Shown in pieces: positions 9,706 through 19,504 of a stretch of 48,491 nt of DNA (within the stretch, counting starts at the first letter, position 1; every line of letters begins with the position of its first letter). Source of the DNA: Candidatus Helarchaeota archaeon (GTDB taxonomy: Archaea; Asgardarchaeota; Lokiarchaeia; Helarchaeales; RDOG01); contig JALGVI010000043.1 in the NCBI GenBank assembly GCA_029838215.1, positions 1-48,491 of the forward strand. Reading direction: 5' to 3'. The notes under the pieces are model-generated. The model had not been told where the DNA came from, made no database searches, and saw only the letters and a program-made list of their open reading frames with translations. Made by a program: the position numbers and the translations under genes.

Positions 9706-10020
9706 GACACCTCACTCCCCTTTTAGGGTGATTTTTCCACTCATAATTGCTCAATATTTCCTTTCTTGTATAAGTATAGGTCAAAAGTCCCCAATCCTCA
9801 AGTGAATGAGTAGAAATCAAATGAATCTAAACGACTCCCATCTATTTAAACTTTTGTAGAATCTAAAAAATCGAATTCGAATAAATACCAAAATCATGAT
9901 ATATATTATAATGATTGATAGATTCAAGAAGTAATCAAGACTTTAAGTTTAAGTCTAAGAATTTTAATGCAATGAAATTTGCCATCGTGCTCGTTCATTC
10001 GTGAAAGGAAGCGTGAGATC

Positions 10021-12435
10021 ATGACAACATTAATCGTTACGGAAAAACCAACAGCGTGCCAGAAAATTTCGGCTATTTTATCAAATAAAAAACATCGTAA
10101 ATTGCAAAAGCCAGGTTCAAAAGTCACGTTTTATGAAAGCGTGATTGATGGTGAGAAGGTTATCGTTGTTTCGGGTATTGGACATTTATTCCAAGCCACG
10201 AGAAAGCATAAAATCAAGGGAGATCCGTGGCAATATCCATTTTGGGATGTCGAGTGGGCTCCATCTCACGAATTAAAGCGTTCTTTGCGTAGAAATGAAG
10301 ATTTTGTCACGTACATAAAGGAGCTTGCACGAGAAGCGGATAATTTCATCAATGCTTGCGATTATGACCTTGAAGGTGCCACTATCGGATATTGCATCTT
10401 GAAGTATTGTTGTGGACCTGAAGCCGTTGAAAAAGCAAAGAGAATGAAGTTTTCTTCGATGACAGAAAAGGAGATCTTGAATTCGTTCAATAATTTGCTT
10501 CCCAGTTTAAATTTTGAGCTGGTTGAGGCAGGACTTACCCGTCACGAAGTTGATTTGCTTTATGGTATTAATTTGACTGCGGCTTTAACCTCTTCAATCA
10601 TTAATTCTGGCGTGTTAAAGTTTAAAATACTATCCACGGGTCGCGTTCAAGGCCCGACATTAAAATTCGTGTTTGAGCGAGAGAACGAAGTCCAAACTCA
10701 CGTTCCTAAGCCTTACTGGACCATTAACGCTTCTACAAAAATAAATGGTAGTTCCTTAACACTTGATTATTCAAAAAGCAAGATTTGGAAGTTAACAGAA
10801 GTTAATGAGATTCTCGATCATTGTAAGGGAAAAAATGGCATTATTAAAGATATCAAGAAACAACAGAGAAAATCCAATCCTCCTGAACCGCTTAACTTGA
10901 GTGTTTTGCAAAGTCAATCATATAATCATCTCGGATACACGCCTTCACAGACATTAAGAATTGCAGAACGTTTGTATCTTTCCGGTCTGATTAGTTATCC
11001 GCGAACATCCAGTCAAATCATTCCAGAAGACATTGACTTGCAGTCAATCGTTTCGGGCATTAAGGAGAATGCTAAATATTCCAAATACATAGATAAAATC
11101 TTGAAAAAAGGTCCATTGGTACCTACAAAGGGAAAAAAGACAGATCCTGCCCATCCTCCAATCTTGCCTACAGGGGAAAAACCAACACGAAAGCTCTCAT
11201 CCACGGAAGAACGCCTCCTTGAGTTAATCACTCGTAGATTTCTTGCGATTTTTGGAGATCCTGCAGTAATTCAGAGCATAAAAACCGTTGTAGGAGTAAA
11301 TTCTCATTCATTTAACTTGACAGGTCGAAGGATCATTGAGCCGGGCTGGATGGAAATTTACCATTATTCACAAACAAAAGAAATCATCCTTCCCGATCTT
11401 AAAATCGGGCAAACGCTATCCCTCAAGTTCTCCACGGAAGAAAAGTTTACGAGCGGTCCCTCAAGATTCAATGCAAATTCGCTGCGAAAGGTAATGGAAG
11501 AAAATGAAATAGGCACGAAAGCCACGAGAGCAGACATCATAGATAAATTAAGCAAGCGCGGTTATGTAGGAGGGCGACAGATATATCTCTATGATTTGGG
11601 AATCGCTCTTATCGAGGTTCTTGAAAAATATTGTAATGAGATAAACAGTATTGAAATGACGAGGACGTTAGAAAAAGACATGGAAGCAATCGAACAAGGG
11701 AAATTAAATCGGGAAGATATCTTGGAAAAGGTTCGCGCGTATTTGGGTCTGGTGTTGGAGAAGTTCAAGGAAAATGAAAAGAATATTGGAGTTGAACTTG
11801 CAGAATCCATCAAGAGTACTTGGGAACGACAAAGAATCATAGGGAAATGTAATGTCTGTGAGGGGAACCTTGTCGTGATTAGATCACTGGGAACTAAAAA
11901 ACGTTTTATTGGATGTACGAATTACCAAGTATGTGCCAAGTGCGATCAACCAAAAGAAGCCTGCGTGTGTAAATGTGAAGTCTGCGGAGAGCCTAAGGGC
12001 AGTTGTGAATGCAAAGAGGGACCAGAGGATGAACCAGATCGAAAACATTATTACCCAAAATGCTCAAACTCGTTTCCAGTAGCACAGCGCGGAAGCATTA
12101 CGCCTCTTGATAATAAATTTTGCCCATATTGTGAACAGGAATTTGGTGTCAAGTATCCAATGTTCCAATTGCGCTTGCCAAACTCCAAGCGACCTTTTTA
12201 TGCCTGCGTGAATTGGACTCAACATCCAAAATCAAAAAAGGCCAAGAAAACAAAGGAGACAGAAGGAAAAGCCGAAGAAGTAAAGGAAGAAACGCCTGAC
12301 AAGTCTAAAAAGGTCAAAAAGACAAAAAAAGCAAAGAAAGCTAAAGCAAAAAAGAAAACCAAAAAGAAAAAGACCGCTAAGAAAAAGAAGAAGTCAAGCA
12401 AGACAAAAAAAGCAAAAAAGAAAACTAAAAAATGA
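10021..12435 (+). CDS. topA: DNA topoisomerase IA with C-terminal zinc ribbons and Lys-rich tail
   Basis: TOPRIM LIVTEKP, ACDYDLEG, GRVQGPTL, catalytic GLISYPRT, DPAHPPI, IGTKATRA. Likely start MTTLIVTEKP at 10021 (the track starts at the TTG at 9979). Confidence 0.96.
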   Translation: MTTLIVTEKPTACQKISAILSNKKHRKLQKPGSKVTFYESVIDGEKVIVVSGIGHLFQATRKHKIKGDPWQYPFWDVEWAPSHELKRSLRRNEDFVTYIKELAREADNFINACDYDLEGATIGYCILKYCCGPEAVEKAKRMKFSSMTEKEILNSFNNLLPSLNFELVEAGLTRHEVDLLYGINLTAALTSSIINSGVLKFKILSTGRVQGPTLKFVFERENEVQTHVPKPYWTINASTKINGSSLTLDYSKSKIWKLTEVNEILDHCKGKNGIIKDIKKQQRKSNPPEPLNLSVLQSQSYNHLGYTPSQTLRIAERLYLSGLISYPRTSSQIIPEDIDLQSIVSGIKENAKYSKYIDKILKKGPLVPTKGKKTDPAHPPILPTGEKPTRKLSSTEERLLELITRRFLAIFGDPAVIQSIKTVVGVNSHSFNLTGRRIIEPGWMEIYHYSQTKEIILPDLKIGQTLSLKFSTEEKFTSGPSRFNANSLRKVMEENEIGTKATRADIIDKLSKRGYVGGRQIYLYDLGIALIEVLEKYCNEINSIEMTRTLEKDMEAIEQGKLNREDILEKVRAYLGLVLEKFKENEKNIGVELAESIKSTWERQRIIGKCNVCEGNLVVIRSLGTKKRFIGCTNYQVCAKCDQPKEACVCKCEVCGEPKGSCECKEGPEDEPDRKHYYPKCSNSFPVAQRGSITPLDNKFCPYCEQEFGVKYPMFQLRLPNSKRPFYACVNWTQHPKSKKAKKTKETEGKAEEVKEETPDKSKKVKKTKKAKKAKAKKKTKKKKTAKKKKKSSKTKKAKKKTKK

Positions 12436-12485
12436 ATAAACATTCAGGATTTTCACGGAAAATATTCTTAATTCTACATTTTCGT

Positions 12486-13670
12486 CTAAATTTTTAATTT
12501 TTCCACGCCATTTGGGATGTCACAGATGTAGACATCCAGCGTTTGCCCAAAAGCATGTTCATATTCAGAACATAGAGTATCTACGATAGTTTTCACGTAT
12601 TTATTTATTACAAGACCAAACACGCATCCACCCATCCCTGCTCCTGTAAGTCGTCCTCCAACTACACCGTCTTCGATCTTTAGGTGGTCAATGATAAAAT
12701 CCAATTCGGAACAACTAACTTCGTATAGGGTTTTTAGACTTTCGTGAGAGGCATATAGCAGTTCACCAACGGTTTTGAGGTTCCCACGCTTCATCTCATT
12801 TACAGTTTGGAGAACACGAGCATTTTCCCTGATAACGTGTTCACAACGTTTTCTTATAGGTTGAGGTATGGTGCTTTTAAACTCTTCGAACTCATTCACG
12901 GATGCATCTCTCAGCGAACGAATTCTGGGAAGATGATTTTGAAGTAATTTTACGCCGCGAAGGCACTCATCCTTGCGGATGTTAATAAAGTCCTTTACGG
13001 CGTGTCGAATTTTTGTATTAAAAATCACAATTTTATGTTCTTTTAAAGGAACGGGCACGAGCTCGTGCTTAAATGGTGGTCGACAATCCAAAAACAATGC
13101 TTTGTCACGCTTTCCCAGCGCAGAAATAAACTGGTCCATTATTCCACAAGAAATCCCCATGTAAACATTCTCTGCTTGATATGCAATCATCGCGAGTTTT
13201 TCGGAATCCAAGCTGAGATCGCCGGTTTGTCTGAAAATATGACCGACTGCCACTTCAAATGCTGCGGATGAACTCAATCCTCCTCCAATTGGGATTTCAG
13301 AAAGACATGCCGCCGTGAAACCATTAGGAGAAAATCCTTCTTTTTGAAGAAAATGGGCAACGCCCTTGGCATAATCCATCCACGACCCATCTTTTTCAAA
13401 GTTATCCAACTTGAAAGAAAGAGTTTGATTAAAATCTATGGAATGAATCTTAACGATTTTGCTTGAGTTCGGAACTGCAACGATGATCATATCTTTTGAG
13501 ATAGTTATTGGAAATACAAATCCTTCATTATAGTCGGTATGTCCACCAATGAGATTTATTCTTCCAGGAGCTCTACACGCTACTGCTTGTGGTTCTTTAT
13601 CTTTCTTTAATAGTTCTAATAATTTTGCATGACATCGTTCAAGTGCTGATCGTCTGGTCATTTCATCCAC
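12486..13670 (-). CDS. galK: Galactokinase-like GHMP sugar kinase
   Basis: APGRINLIGGHTDYN, PIGGGLSSSAA, CGIMDQ, SHESLK..YEVSC.ELD, GGRLTGAGMGGC. Confidence 0.85.
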   Translation of the reverse strand: MDEMTRRSALERCHAKLLELLKKDKEPQAVACRAPGRINLIGGHTDYNEGFVFPITISKDMIIVAVPNSSKIVKIHSIDFNQTLSFKLDNFEKDGSWMDYAKGVAHFLQKEGFSPNGFTAACLSEIPIGGGLSSSAAFEVAVGHIFRQTGDLSLDSEKLAMIAYQAENVYMGISCGIMDQFISALGKRDKALFLDCRPPFKHELVPVPLKEHKIVIFNTKIRHAVKDFINIRKDECLRGVKLLQNHLPRIRSLRDASVNEFEEFKSTIPQPIRKRCEHVIRENARVLQTVNEMKRGNLKTVGELLYASHESLKTLYEVSCSELDFIIDHLKIEDGVVGGRLTGAGMGGCVFGLVINKYVKTIVDTLCSEYEHAFGQTLDVYICDIPNGVEKLKI

Positions 13671-13692
13671 AATTCAAAAGTTTTATTGATAT

Positions 13693-15783
13693 TTAAGATG
13701 GTTTCATTTTCTTTTTTTTATGAACCAGAATATCTCCCTTACCTGCAGGAATCAAGCGCTGTATTTCGTCTAAGGGTATTTTTTTTATTAATGTCACGAG
13801 ATCTTCGGATTGATCACTTGTTCTTGCGATATCCATCCATTTATTCTTGATTAGTTTACATAAGGCACCGCTTTTTTTATCACCCGGAATGATCTCAACT
13901 GGGAACAACAGATCCATTTCGGGCTTAAGCGTGGGTTCTACAATGGGAGTAGGTTCGTCTTCTTGAATGCGAATGCCCAAACGTAGTTTTAGTGGATTAT
14001 TTTTCATTGCATTTTTCGTACCTTTCACGATGAAAGAACCCTTTGCCAGATATTCACCTGATGGTGGTGAAAAACTTACCTGTTCACCCTTGACCCAATA
14101 GCCATCAGCGACAGAAAAGTTTGATTTCCATGCACTTGAAAAAGAAACAGTAAATTGAACAGCCTCTTGAATTGTTTCATTTGAAACAGGTTCGTTGTTG
14201 GTTTTAATTATTCCTACGGCAGCTCCACGAAAAGTTGCATGAATAAAAATATCACTTGAATCCATGTGCTTCCTTACCAAAATCTCATTGCTCTTGAGAT
14301 CTCGACCTGCAAGCACTAGAAATCCGTCCGAGGAATAAAACCAATGATATGCTTCGTACCACTTGCGTTTACGCTTTTTCTTGAGACCTTTTTCAATTTG
14401 AATGGGTTCTGGCTCTTGGACTTCCTGTTGAGCGAGTTTGATTTTTTCCGTGGTATTTTGAATGGCGATTAATGCTCCTTTAATTTTATTTGCGGCTTTT
14501 TTGGATTTCAAATAAAAATCATTAGCAATATCGGTTGGTTTCTTTCTGAAATCTATTGATAAGACAGTATCGTCTAATCGTATTGCAACGCTGGCGGTTT
14601 TAGGCGAAATTTTTTCGACAATGAGAGCAGCAGGAATGCCTTGTTGCTTGGCTTTTTCAATGTTTTCAATAATTTGATCCCAAGACATTTTCTTTTTACG
14701 GGCTTCCGTTATCGTCTCAAGTAATTCTTGTAAAGGCGTGAAGTGAGCGTAAATCAAATCGCCATGTTTCTTGTTTAACTCAGCAGTTTTGTTGAATTCA
14801 TCCATCTTCTTTTGTTGTTCTTTCAGTACTTTTTCTAACTTGCTCAATTTAGTTCCTTTTGTTTTCGCTTCTTGTTGAATTGTTTTTTCAAGAACATTGA
14901 TTTCTTTTTTACTGTAAAACTCGTCAACCGTTTCGTTATACGTGTCGAATTTGCGGACGAATTGTAACCCGATTGCTTCTTCATGATGCAACTTAAAAGG
15001 AGACACGGAATGAACTTCACCATTTTTTAACACGGTTACGGGCTCATATTGTTTATTTAATAATTTAGCTTGTAATTCTTCGATTTTTTCAAATAATATC
15101 GAAATTTCTTGGTCGGTTAACTCGGATGCTTTTTTATCTTTTTCTATCTTGCTCAGAAAACACAATTCTTCTGCGTATCTCGGGCTCAAGTTTATATTAC
15201 TCAATAATGTAGAGATTATCGGACGTTCAGAGCCCTCAAGGTATCTTTTAAGGTCTTCCAACTCCAAACTCAAGAAATTTTCGCCTTTGCTTGGAATGAA
15301 ATTAAATTCACGGTTTGGGATGATCCTTCGATCACGCATCGTCTTGTAGAACAGTGCCGTGATGACATTCCGAGAAGAATTCGTTAGTACGACATTTCCA
15401 TCACGAAAGAACTCACAAATAAGCTTATAATTATCCGGAACGGGTTGTTCGGAATCAGCACCAGGAGGAAGAATGCGCCCAATTTCAAACACGACTATCC
15501 GATCGAGATTATACTGGGAGATCTTTTTTATCCTCAAATTCTTGAGTCTTTTTCTCAGGCTCACGCAAAAATTCGGCGGGAATCGTGGTTTAGGTCGTTC
15601 ATAATTCGTGAGATGTATCCTGATACCCGGTTGAATTAATAATTGGCATGCCTTCTTGGTAACGGTCCTCAACTTGAGCAGGATAATATTTTCTTCGAGG
15701 ACATAGATTTGTTGAATCCACGCTCCTAATAGTTCATCATTTAGCTCTGATACAATCGCATGTATGTCAAAATTCGACATCAT
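13693..15783 (-). CDS. rqc2: Ribosome quality-control protein Rqc2/NEMF (NFACT domains)
   Basis: MSNFDI, F...LRKRL, LDRIV, coiled-coil middle, WYEAYHWF.SSDG.LV.AGRD...NE, DIFIHA, SPPSGEYL.KGSFIV.G.KN. Confidence 0.93.
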   Translation of the reverse strand: MMSNFDIHAIVSELNDELLGAWIQQIYVLEENIILLKLRTVTKKACQLLIQPGIRIHLTNYERPKPRFPPNFCVSLRKRLKNLRIKKISQYNLDRIVVFEIGRILPPGADSEQPVPDNYKLICEFFRDGNVVLTNSSRNVITALFYKTMRDRRIIPNREFNFIPSKGENFLSLELEDLKRYLEGSERPIISTLLSNINLSPRYAEELCFLSKIEKDKKASELTDQEISILFEKIEELQAKLLNKQYEPVTVLKNGEVHSVSPFKLHHEEAIGLQFVRKFDTYNETVDEFYSKKEINVLEKTIQQEAKTKGTKLSKLEKVLKEQQKKMDEFNKTAELNKKHGDLIYAHFTPLQELLETITEARKKKMSWDQIIENIEKAKQQGIPAALIVEKISPKTASVAIRLDDTVLSIDFRKKPTDIANDFYLKSKKAANKIKGALIAIQNTTEKIKLAQQEVQEPEPIQIEKGLKKKRKRKWYEAYHWFYSSDGFLVLAGRDLKSNEILVRKHMDSSDIFIHATFRGAAVGIIKTNNEPVSNETIQEAVQFTVSFSSAWKSNFSVADGYWVKGEQVSFSPPSGEYLAKGSFIVKGTKNAMKNNPLKLRLGIRIQEDEPTPIVEPTLKPEMDLLFPVEIIPGDKKSGALCKLIKNKWMDIARTSDQSEDLVTLIKKIPLDEIQRLIPAGKGDILVHKKKKMKPS

Positions 15784-15904
15784 TTTTACAAATTTCGCCT
15801 CTTGTTCGGTTTTTAAAGCCGGAAATCCGTCATTTCATCTAAAAAACATCACACGAAAACATTTAATTGGTGATATTTAATATATCTGATCAACACCGTG
15901 TTCG

Positions 15905-16279
15905 ATGGTTTTTATGGAAAAAATCAAGAAATTCACAGATCGTGTCCAAGCCCTTCCCATAGAAGAGAAAGTATACATATCAAAGGTTCTTCTTGGTCTA
16001 TTAGCTGCCATAATTGGTAGCATTTTAGTTCTGATTCAATTTCATACGGGGATTCCATTCTTTGCACAGGGTATTGCCGTGGGAATCGGCTGGGCACTGG
16101 TTCCCATTCATTGGGCGGTTTGCATTTACGTACTGAAGATAGATCTCAAGAAATTTGGCGGTTCAAAATTTAAAATCTTGACGACGGGTATTGGAGCGTT
16201 CCTTTTTACTTGGCTCATTATTTGGACTATTTGGACTACTTTATGGTGGGTCTGTGTTTATGGACTGCCAACTTTTTAA
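15905..16279 (+). CDS. Three-TM protein of the RAB5IF(OPTI)/EMC6 family
   Basis: C-terminal KIDLKKFGGSKFKILTTGIGAFLFTWLIIWTIW parallels the RAB5IF-type IDEEE(Y/F)GG...L.KEG....F..F...WI. Confidence 0.65.
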   Translation: MVFMEKIKKFTDRVQALPIEEKVYISKVLLGLLAAIIGSILVLIQFHTGIPFFAQGIAVGIGWALVPIHWAVCIYVLKIDLKKFGGSKFKILTTGIGAFLFTWLIIWTIWTTLWWVCVYGLPTF

Positions 16280-16441
16280 TGCCGTTTTATAATATTTCGG
16301 CACGTGATTATGAGAGAATTTGTCGTTTTCTATCTCATGCTTCAAGTTAGTGTCAATTTTTTTGTTATATCTTGTCCAAAACATACTTCTTTTTAAGGAT
16401 CTCTTCTATTAGTTCTTTTTATATCAAGATAGAAAGGAGAT

Positions 16442-18184
16442 GTGCCTTTGGTCGAAAAGAAAAAACGAAAGCGAGGTTCTCTTAATAAATTAAAAGAACA
16501 GATGATTGATTTTATTAATAATATCAAGACTTACGAAGATTGGGACCGTTTCGTGCAGATGTTCATGATTCGCTTCCCTGAAAGAAAGAAGAAATTTGAG
16601 ACTGTTTCTGGTATAGAGATCAAGCGACTATATACACCTGAAGATATTAAGGATCTTGATTATTTGAAGGATATTGGATTTCCGAGTGTCCCGCCCTTCA
16701 CTAGAGGAGTATATCCAACCATGCATCGTGGGCGATTTTGGACGCAACGATTGATTACGGGAACGGGCACGCCTGAAGATACGAATGAACGGCTTAAATT
16801 TCTCATTTCTCAAGGTCAAACCGGTCTAAACGTAATTTATGATCTTCCTTCTCATCGCGGAATAGATCCTGATGATGAAAGAGCAGTTGGTGAAGTCGGG
16901 AAAGATGGAGTTTCCTGCTCGAATCTTGAAGACATGCGCATGATTTTTAAGGATATTGATTATAGCAAGTATTCCGTTTCACAAATAACAGCCATTCACG
17001 TGCTCTGCATGTACATTGCAATGGCTGAACTTGACGGCGTGGATATTTCAAGATTACGCGGAACTGTCCAAAGTGACATGTTCAACGCTATTCAAGGATG
17101 CGGAGCACTCGCATCTGATATAACACGACGTGGTCCGGGAGCAATCGATTATTCGGTCGAAATTTGTGTCGATATTATTGAATTTTGTTCGAAGTACATG
17201 CCAAAATGGTATCCCATATCAATCGTGGGACGAAACATACGGGAATCGGGTGCTGATGCCGTTTCTGAAATCGCTTTGGCATTTTCTAATGGACTTGCAT
17301 TTGTGGATAAAGCCATAGCACGTGGTCTTGATATTAATGAATTTGGAGAAAGGTTATCATTCATGTTCTGTTGTGAGAATGATTTCTTTGAAGAAGTTGC
17401 AAAATTTCGAGCCGCAAGACGAGTCTGGTATCGCCTGATGAAAGAAAAAGGTGCCAGTAATCCTTTAGCAATGCTGGTTAGAATGCACGTTCAGAATAGC
17501 AGCTTGGCGTACACCGCACAGCAACCCCTCATTAATATCATTAGAGGAACGTTGCATACTGCGGCAGCAGTTCTAGGCGGAGGTCAATCACTACATACAA
17601 ACGCCTATGATGAAGCTTGGGGGTTACCAACCGAAAAAGCTGCAATGATTGCACTACGGACGCAACAAATAATTGCAGAAGAATCTGGAATCATGGACAC
17701 GATTGATCCACTTGCTGGGTCATATTATGTGGAGGCTTTAACAAATGAGCTCGCCGAAAAAATTTATGAGATGGTGAAGGAAATGCAGGAAAAAGGTGGA
17801 TCGGTCAAATTAACAGAGAATGGATGGGTGGATAATCTACTGGAACGAAATGCTTTTCGCTTCCAAAAAGAAATTGAGGAAGGAAAGAGAATTGTCGTTG
17901 GCGTGAATAAATACGTCATTGAAGAGGAAGAATTAGACATTGAAATACACGAGATTCCTGAAGAAGTACGGACTCACCAAATCCAACGAGTTCAAAAAGT
18001 GCGTGAGAGTCGGGACCCAGAAAAGTGGAAGAAAGCAATGGCTGAATTGAAAAAAGCCTGTGATGAAAAAGAAAAAGACTTCCGAGTGAACATCATGCGA
18101 CCGTTAATTGAGGCATATAAAGCTGGTGCAACTCTTGGCGAATGCTATGACACGATTTGGCCACCTGAACGATTCATTAAATAA
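16442..18184 (+). CDS. B12-dependent acyl-CoA mutase, large (substrate-binding) subunit; divergent active site
   Basis: GFP..PPFTRGVY, VGEVGKDGV, FEEVAKFRAARR, QQPLINIIR, LGGGQSLHTNAYDEA, ALRTQQIIAEESG, DPLAGSYYVE, VVGVNKY. Confidence 0.92.
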   Translation: MPLVEKKKRKRGSLNKLKEQMIDFINNIKTYEDWDRFVQMFMIRFPERKKKFETVSGIEIKRLYTPEDIKDLDYLKDIGFPSVPPFTRGVYPTMHRGRFWTQRLITGTGTPEDTNERLKFLISQGQTGLNVIYDLPSHRGIDPDDERAVGEVGKDGVSCSNLEDMRMIFKDIDYSKYSVSQITAIHVLCMYIAMAELDGVDISRLRGTVQSDMFNAIQGCGALASDITRRGPGAIDYSVEICVDIIEFCSKYMPKWYPISIVGRNIRESGADAVSEIALAFSNGLAFVDKAIARGLDINEFGERLSFMFCCENDFFEEVAKFRAARRVWYRLMKEKGASNPLAMLVRMHVQNSSLAYTAQQPLINIIRGTLHTAAAVLGGGQSLHTNAYDEAWGLPTEKAAMIALRTQQIIAEESGIMDTIDPLAGSYYVEALTNELAEKIYEMVKEMQEKGGSVKLTENGWVDNLLERNAFRFQKEIEEGKRIVVGVNKYVIEEEELDIEIHEIPEEVRTHQIQRVQKVRESRDPEKWKKAMAELKKACDEKEKDFRVNIMRPLIEAYKAGATLGECYDTIWPPERFIK

Positions 18185-18199
18185 AAGGAGTTAGAAAAA

Positions 18200-18595
18200 A
18201 TGAGCGAAAAGATTAAAGTCCTAACCGCAAAACCAGGATTAGACGGACACGATCGAGGTATTAAAATCGTCAACCGTGCATTCCGAAATGCAGGATTTGA
18301 AGTTGTTTACATCGGTAACTCCATGCCCGAAGAGATAATTGAAGCCAGCATTCAAGAAGATGCGAACATCATCGGTTTGTCCATCTTAAGTTCAAGTTAC
18401 AAAGTTCTCATTCCAAAATTTTTAAATTTGGTTGAGGAACACAAGTTAACTGATCGACTTCTTCTGCTCGGCGGCATTATCTTACCGCGTGATCAAAAAA
18501 ATTATAAGGAACGGGGATTTGCCGGTGTCTATGGTCCGGGCACTAACTTGAACAAAGTAATCGAATTCATAAAAGAACACTTCAAAAATGATTAA
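18200..18595 (+). CDS. Cobalamin-binding small subunit of acyl-CoA mutase
   Basis: KPGLDGHDRG (DxHxxG), IGLSILS, LLGGII, GVYGPGT; adjacent to the large subunit. Confidence 0.93.
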   Translation: MSEKIKVLTAKPGLDGHDRGIKIVNRAFRNAGFEVVYIGNSMPEEIIEASIQEDANIIGLSILSSSYKVLIPKFLNLVEEHKLTDRLLLLGGIILPRDQKNYKERGFAGVYGPGTNLNKVIEFIKEHFKND

Positions 18596-18931
18596 AATTA
18601 TGATGGAATTCGAAAGCCCTCACGTATATTTTTGCGAGAAATGATTTTATGACGATAAAACCGCAAATCTAATAAAATCAATTTTTTTATTTTAAAATGC
18701 TTTTTTCTGTTATTTTTTGCTCAAGCTTCTTATTAAAAATAAGAGATTCCTTTTGTTTTGAAAAAAAAATGAAATTGCAAGTAATGAGTTTCAAAATTAA
18801 CTAGTTCTTTTAGAAATCTTAATTTTTTGATTATTGGATCGAGATTCTCGCAATATTTTTAAATGTAAATACTCATAAAACAGAATAACTAGTAATTATT
18901 CTCTTAAACAAAGACTCACGGATGACATTGA

Positions 18932-19465
18932 ATGAGCGGTAAAAAAGGGAGTTCAGCTGCAAAATCTGCAAAAAATGGAAAAAAAAATGTGAAAATTAAA
19001 ATAGATGACCTTGATTTAGAGATTTTGAGGAAATTGAAAGAAGATTCGAGGGTTCCTTTTACCAAGCTTGCTGAGATTTTGAAAATTCCCGATACAACCG
19101 TTCATTTTCGTGTCAAAAAACTGCGAGAAATGGGCATCATTCAGAAATTTACCATTTCGATTTCCCCCAAGAACCTTGAATATGACTTGTTGAGCATGAT
19201 TAAAATTCGAATAGGGGGACACATAGTTCCTGATATTAGCAATAAGAGGTTAGAAGATCTCACGGACTCGTTAAAACGCATAAAAAATATTCACTTTCTG
19301 GCGTGTTCTGATACGGAAAATAGCATATATGCGTTAATTTATACAAAGGATAAAGATGAATTGTTAAATATTGTTAAAGAGATTCAAAGCGTGGACTTCA
19401 TTGAATTTGACGTGTGGCAATTTTCCAAGATCATTAAAGGAGAAAACATGTATTTTGAATTATGA
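18932..19465 (+). CDS. Lrp/AsnC family transcriptional regulator
   Basis: IDDLDLEILRKLKEDSRVPFTKLAEIL...TTVHFRVKKLREMGIIQKF HTH followed by an AsnC-type C-terminal domain. Confidence 0.92.
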   Translation: MSGKKGSSAAKSAKNGKKNVKIKIDDLDLEILRKLKEDSRVPFTKLAEILKIPDTTVHFRVKKLREMGIIQKFTISISPKNLEYDLLSMIKIRIGGHIVPDISNKRLEDLTDSLKRIKNIHFLACSDTENSIYALIYTKDKDELLNIVKEIQSVDFIEFDVWQFSKIIKGENMYFEL

Positions 19466-19504
19466 AATTATGTTATGATAATGTGGAAAAAAGAAGTGAA
19501 AAAA

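Noticed and set aside
19463-19465. Lrp and KaiC-like ORFs are in the same frame, separated by one TGA (possible readthrough fusion)
   Set aside because: One-in-three chance; no redox context or SECIS; the KaiC-like gene has its own RBS and ATG at 19505.
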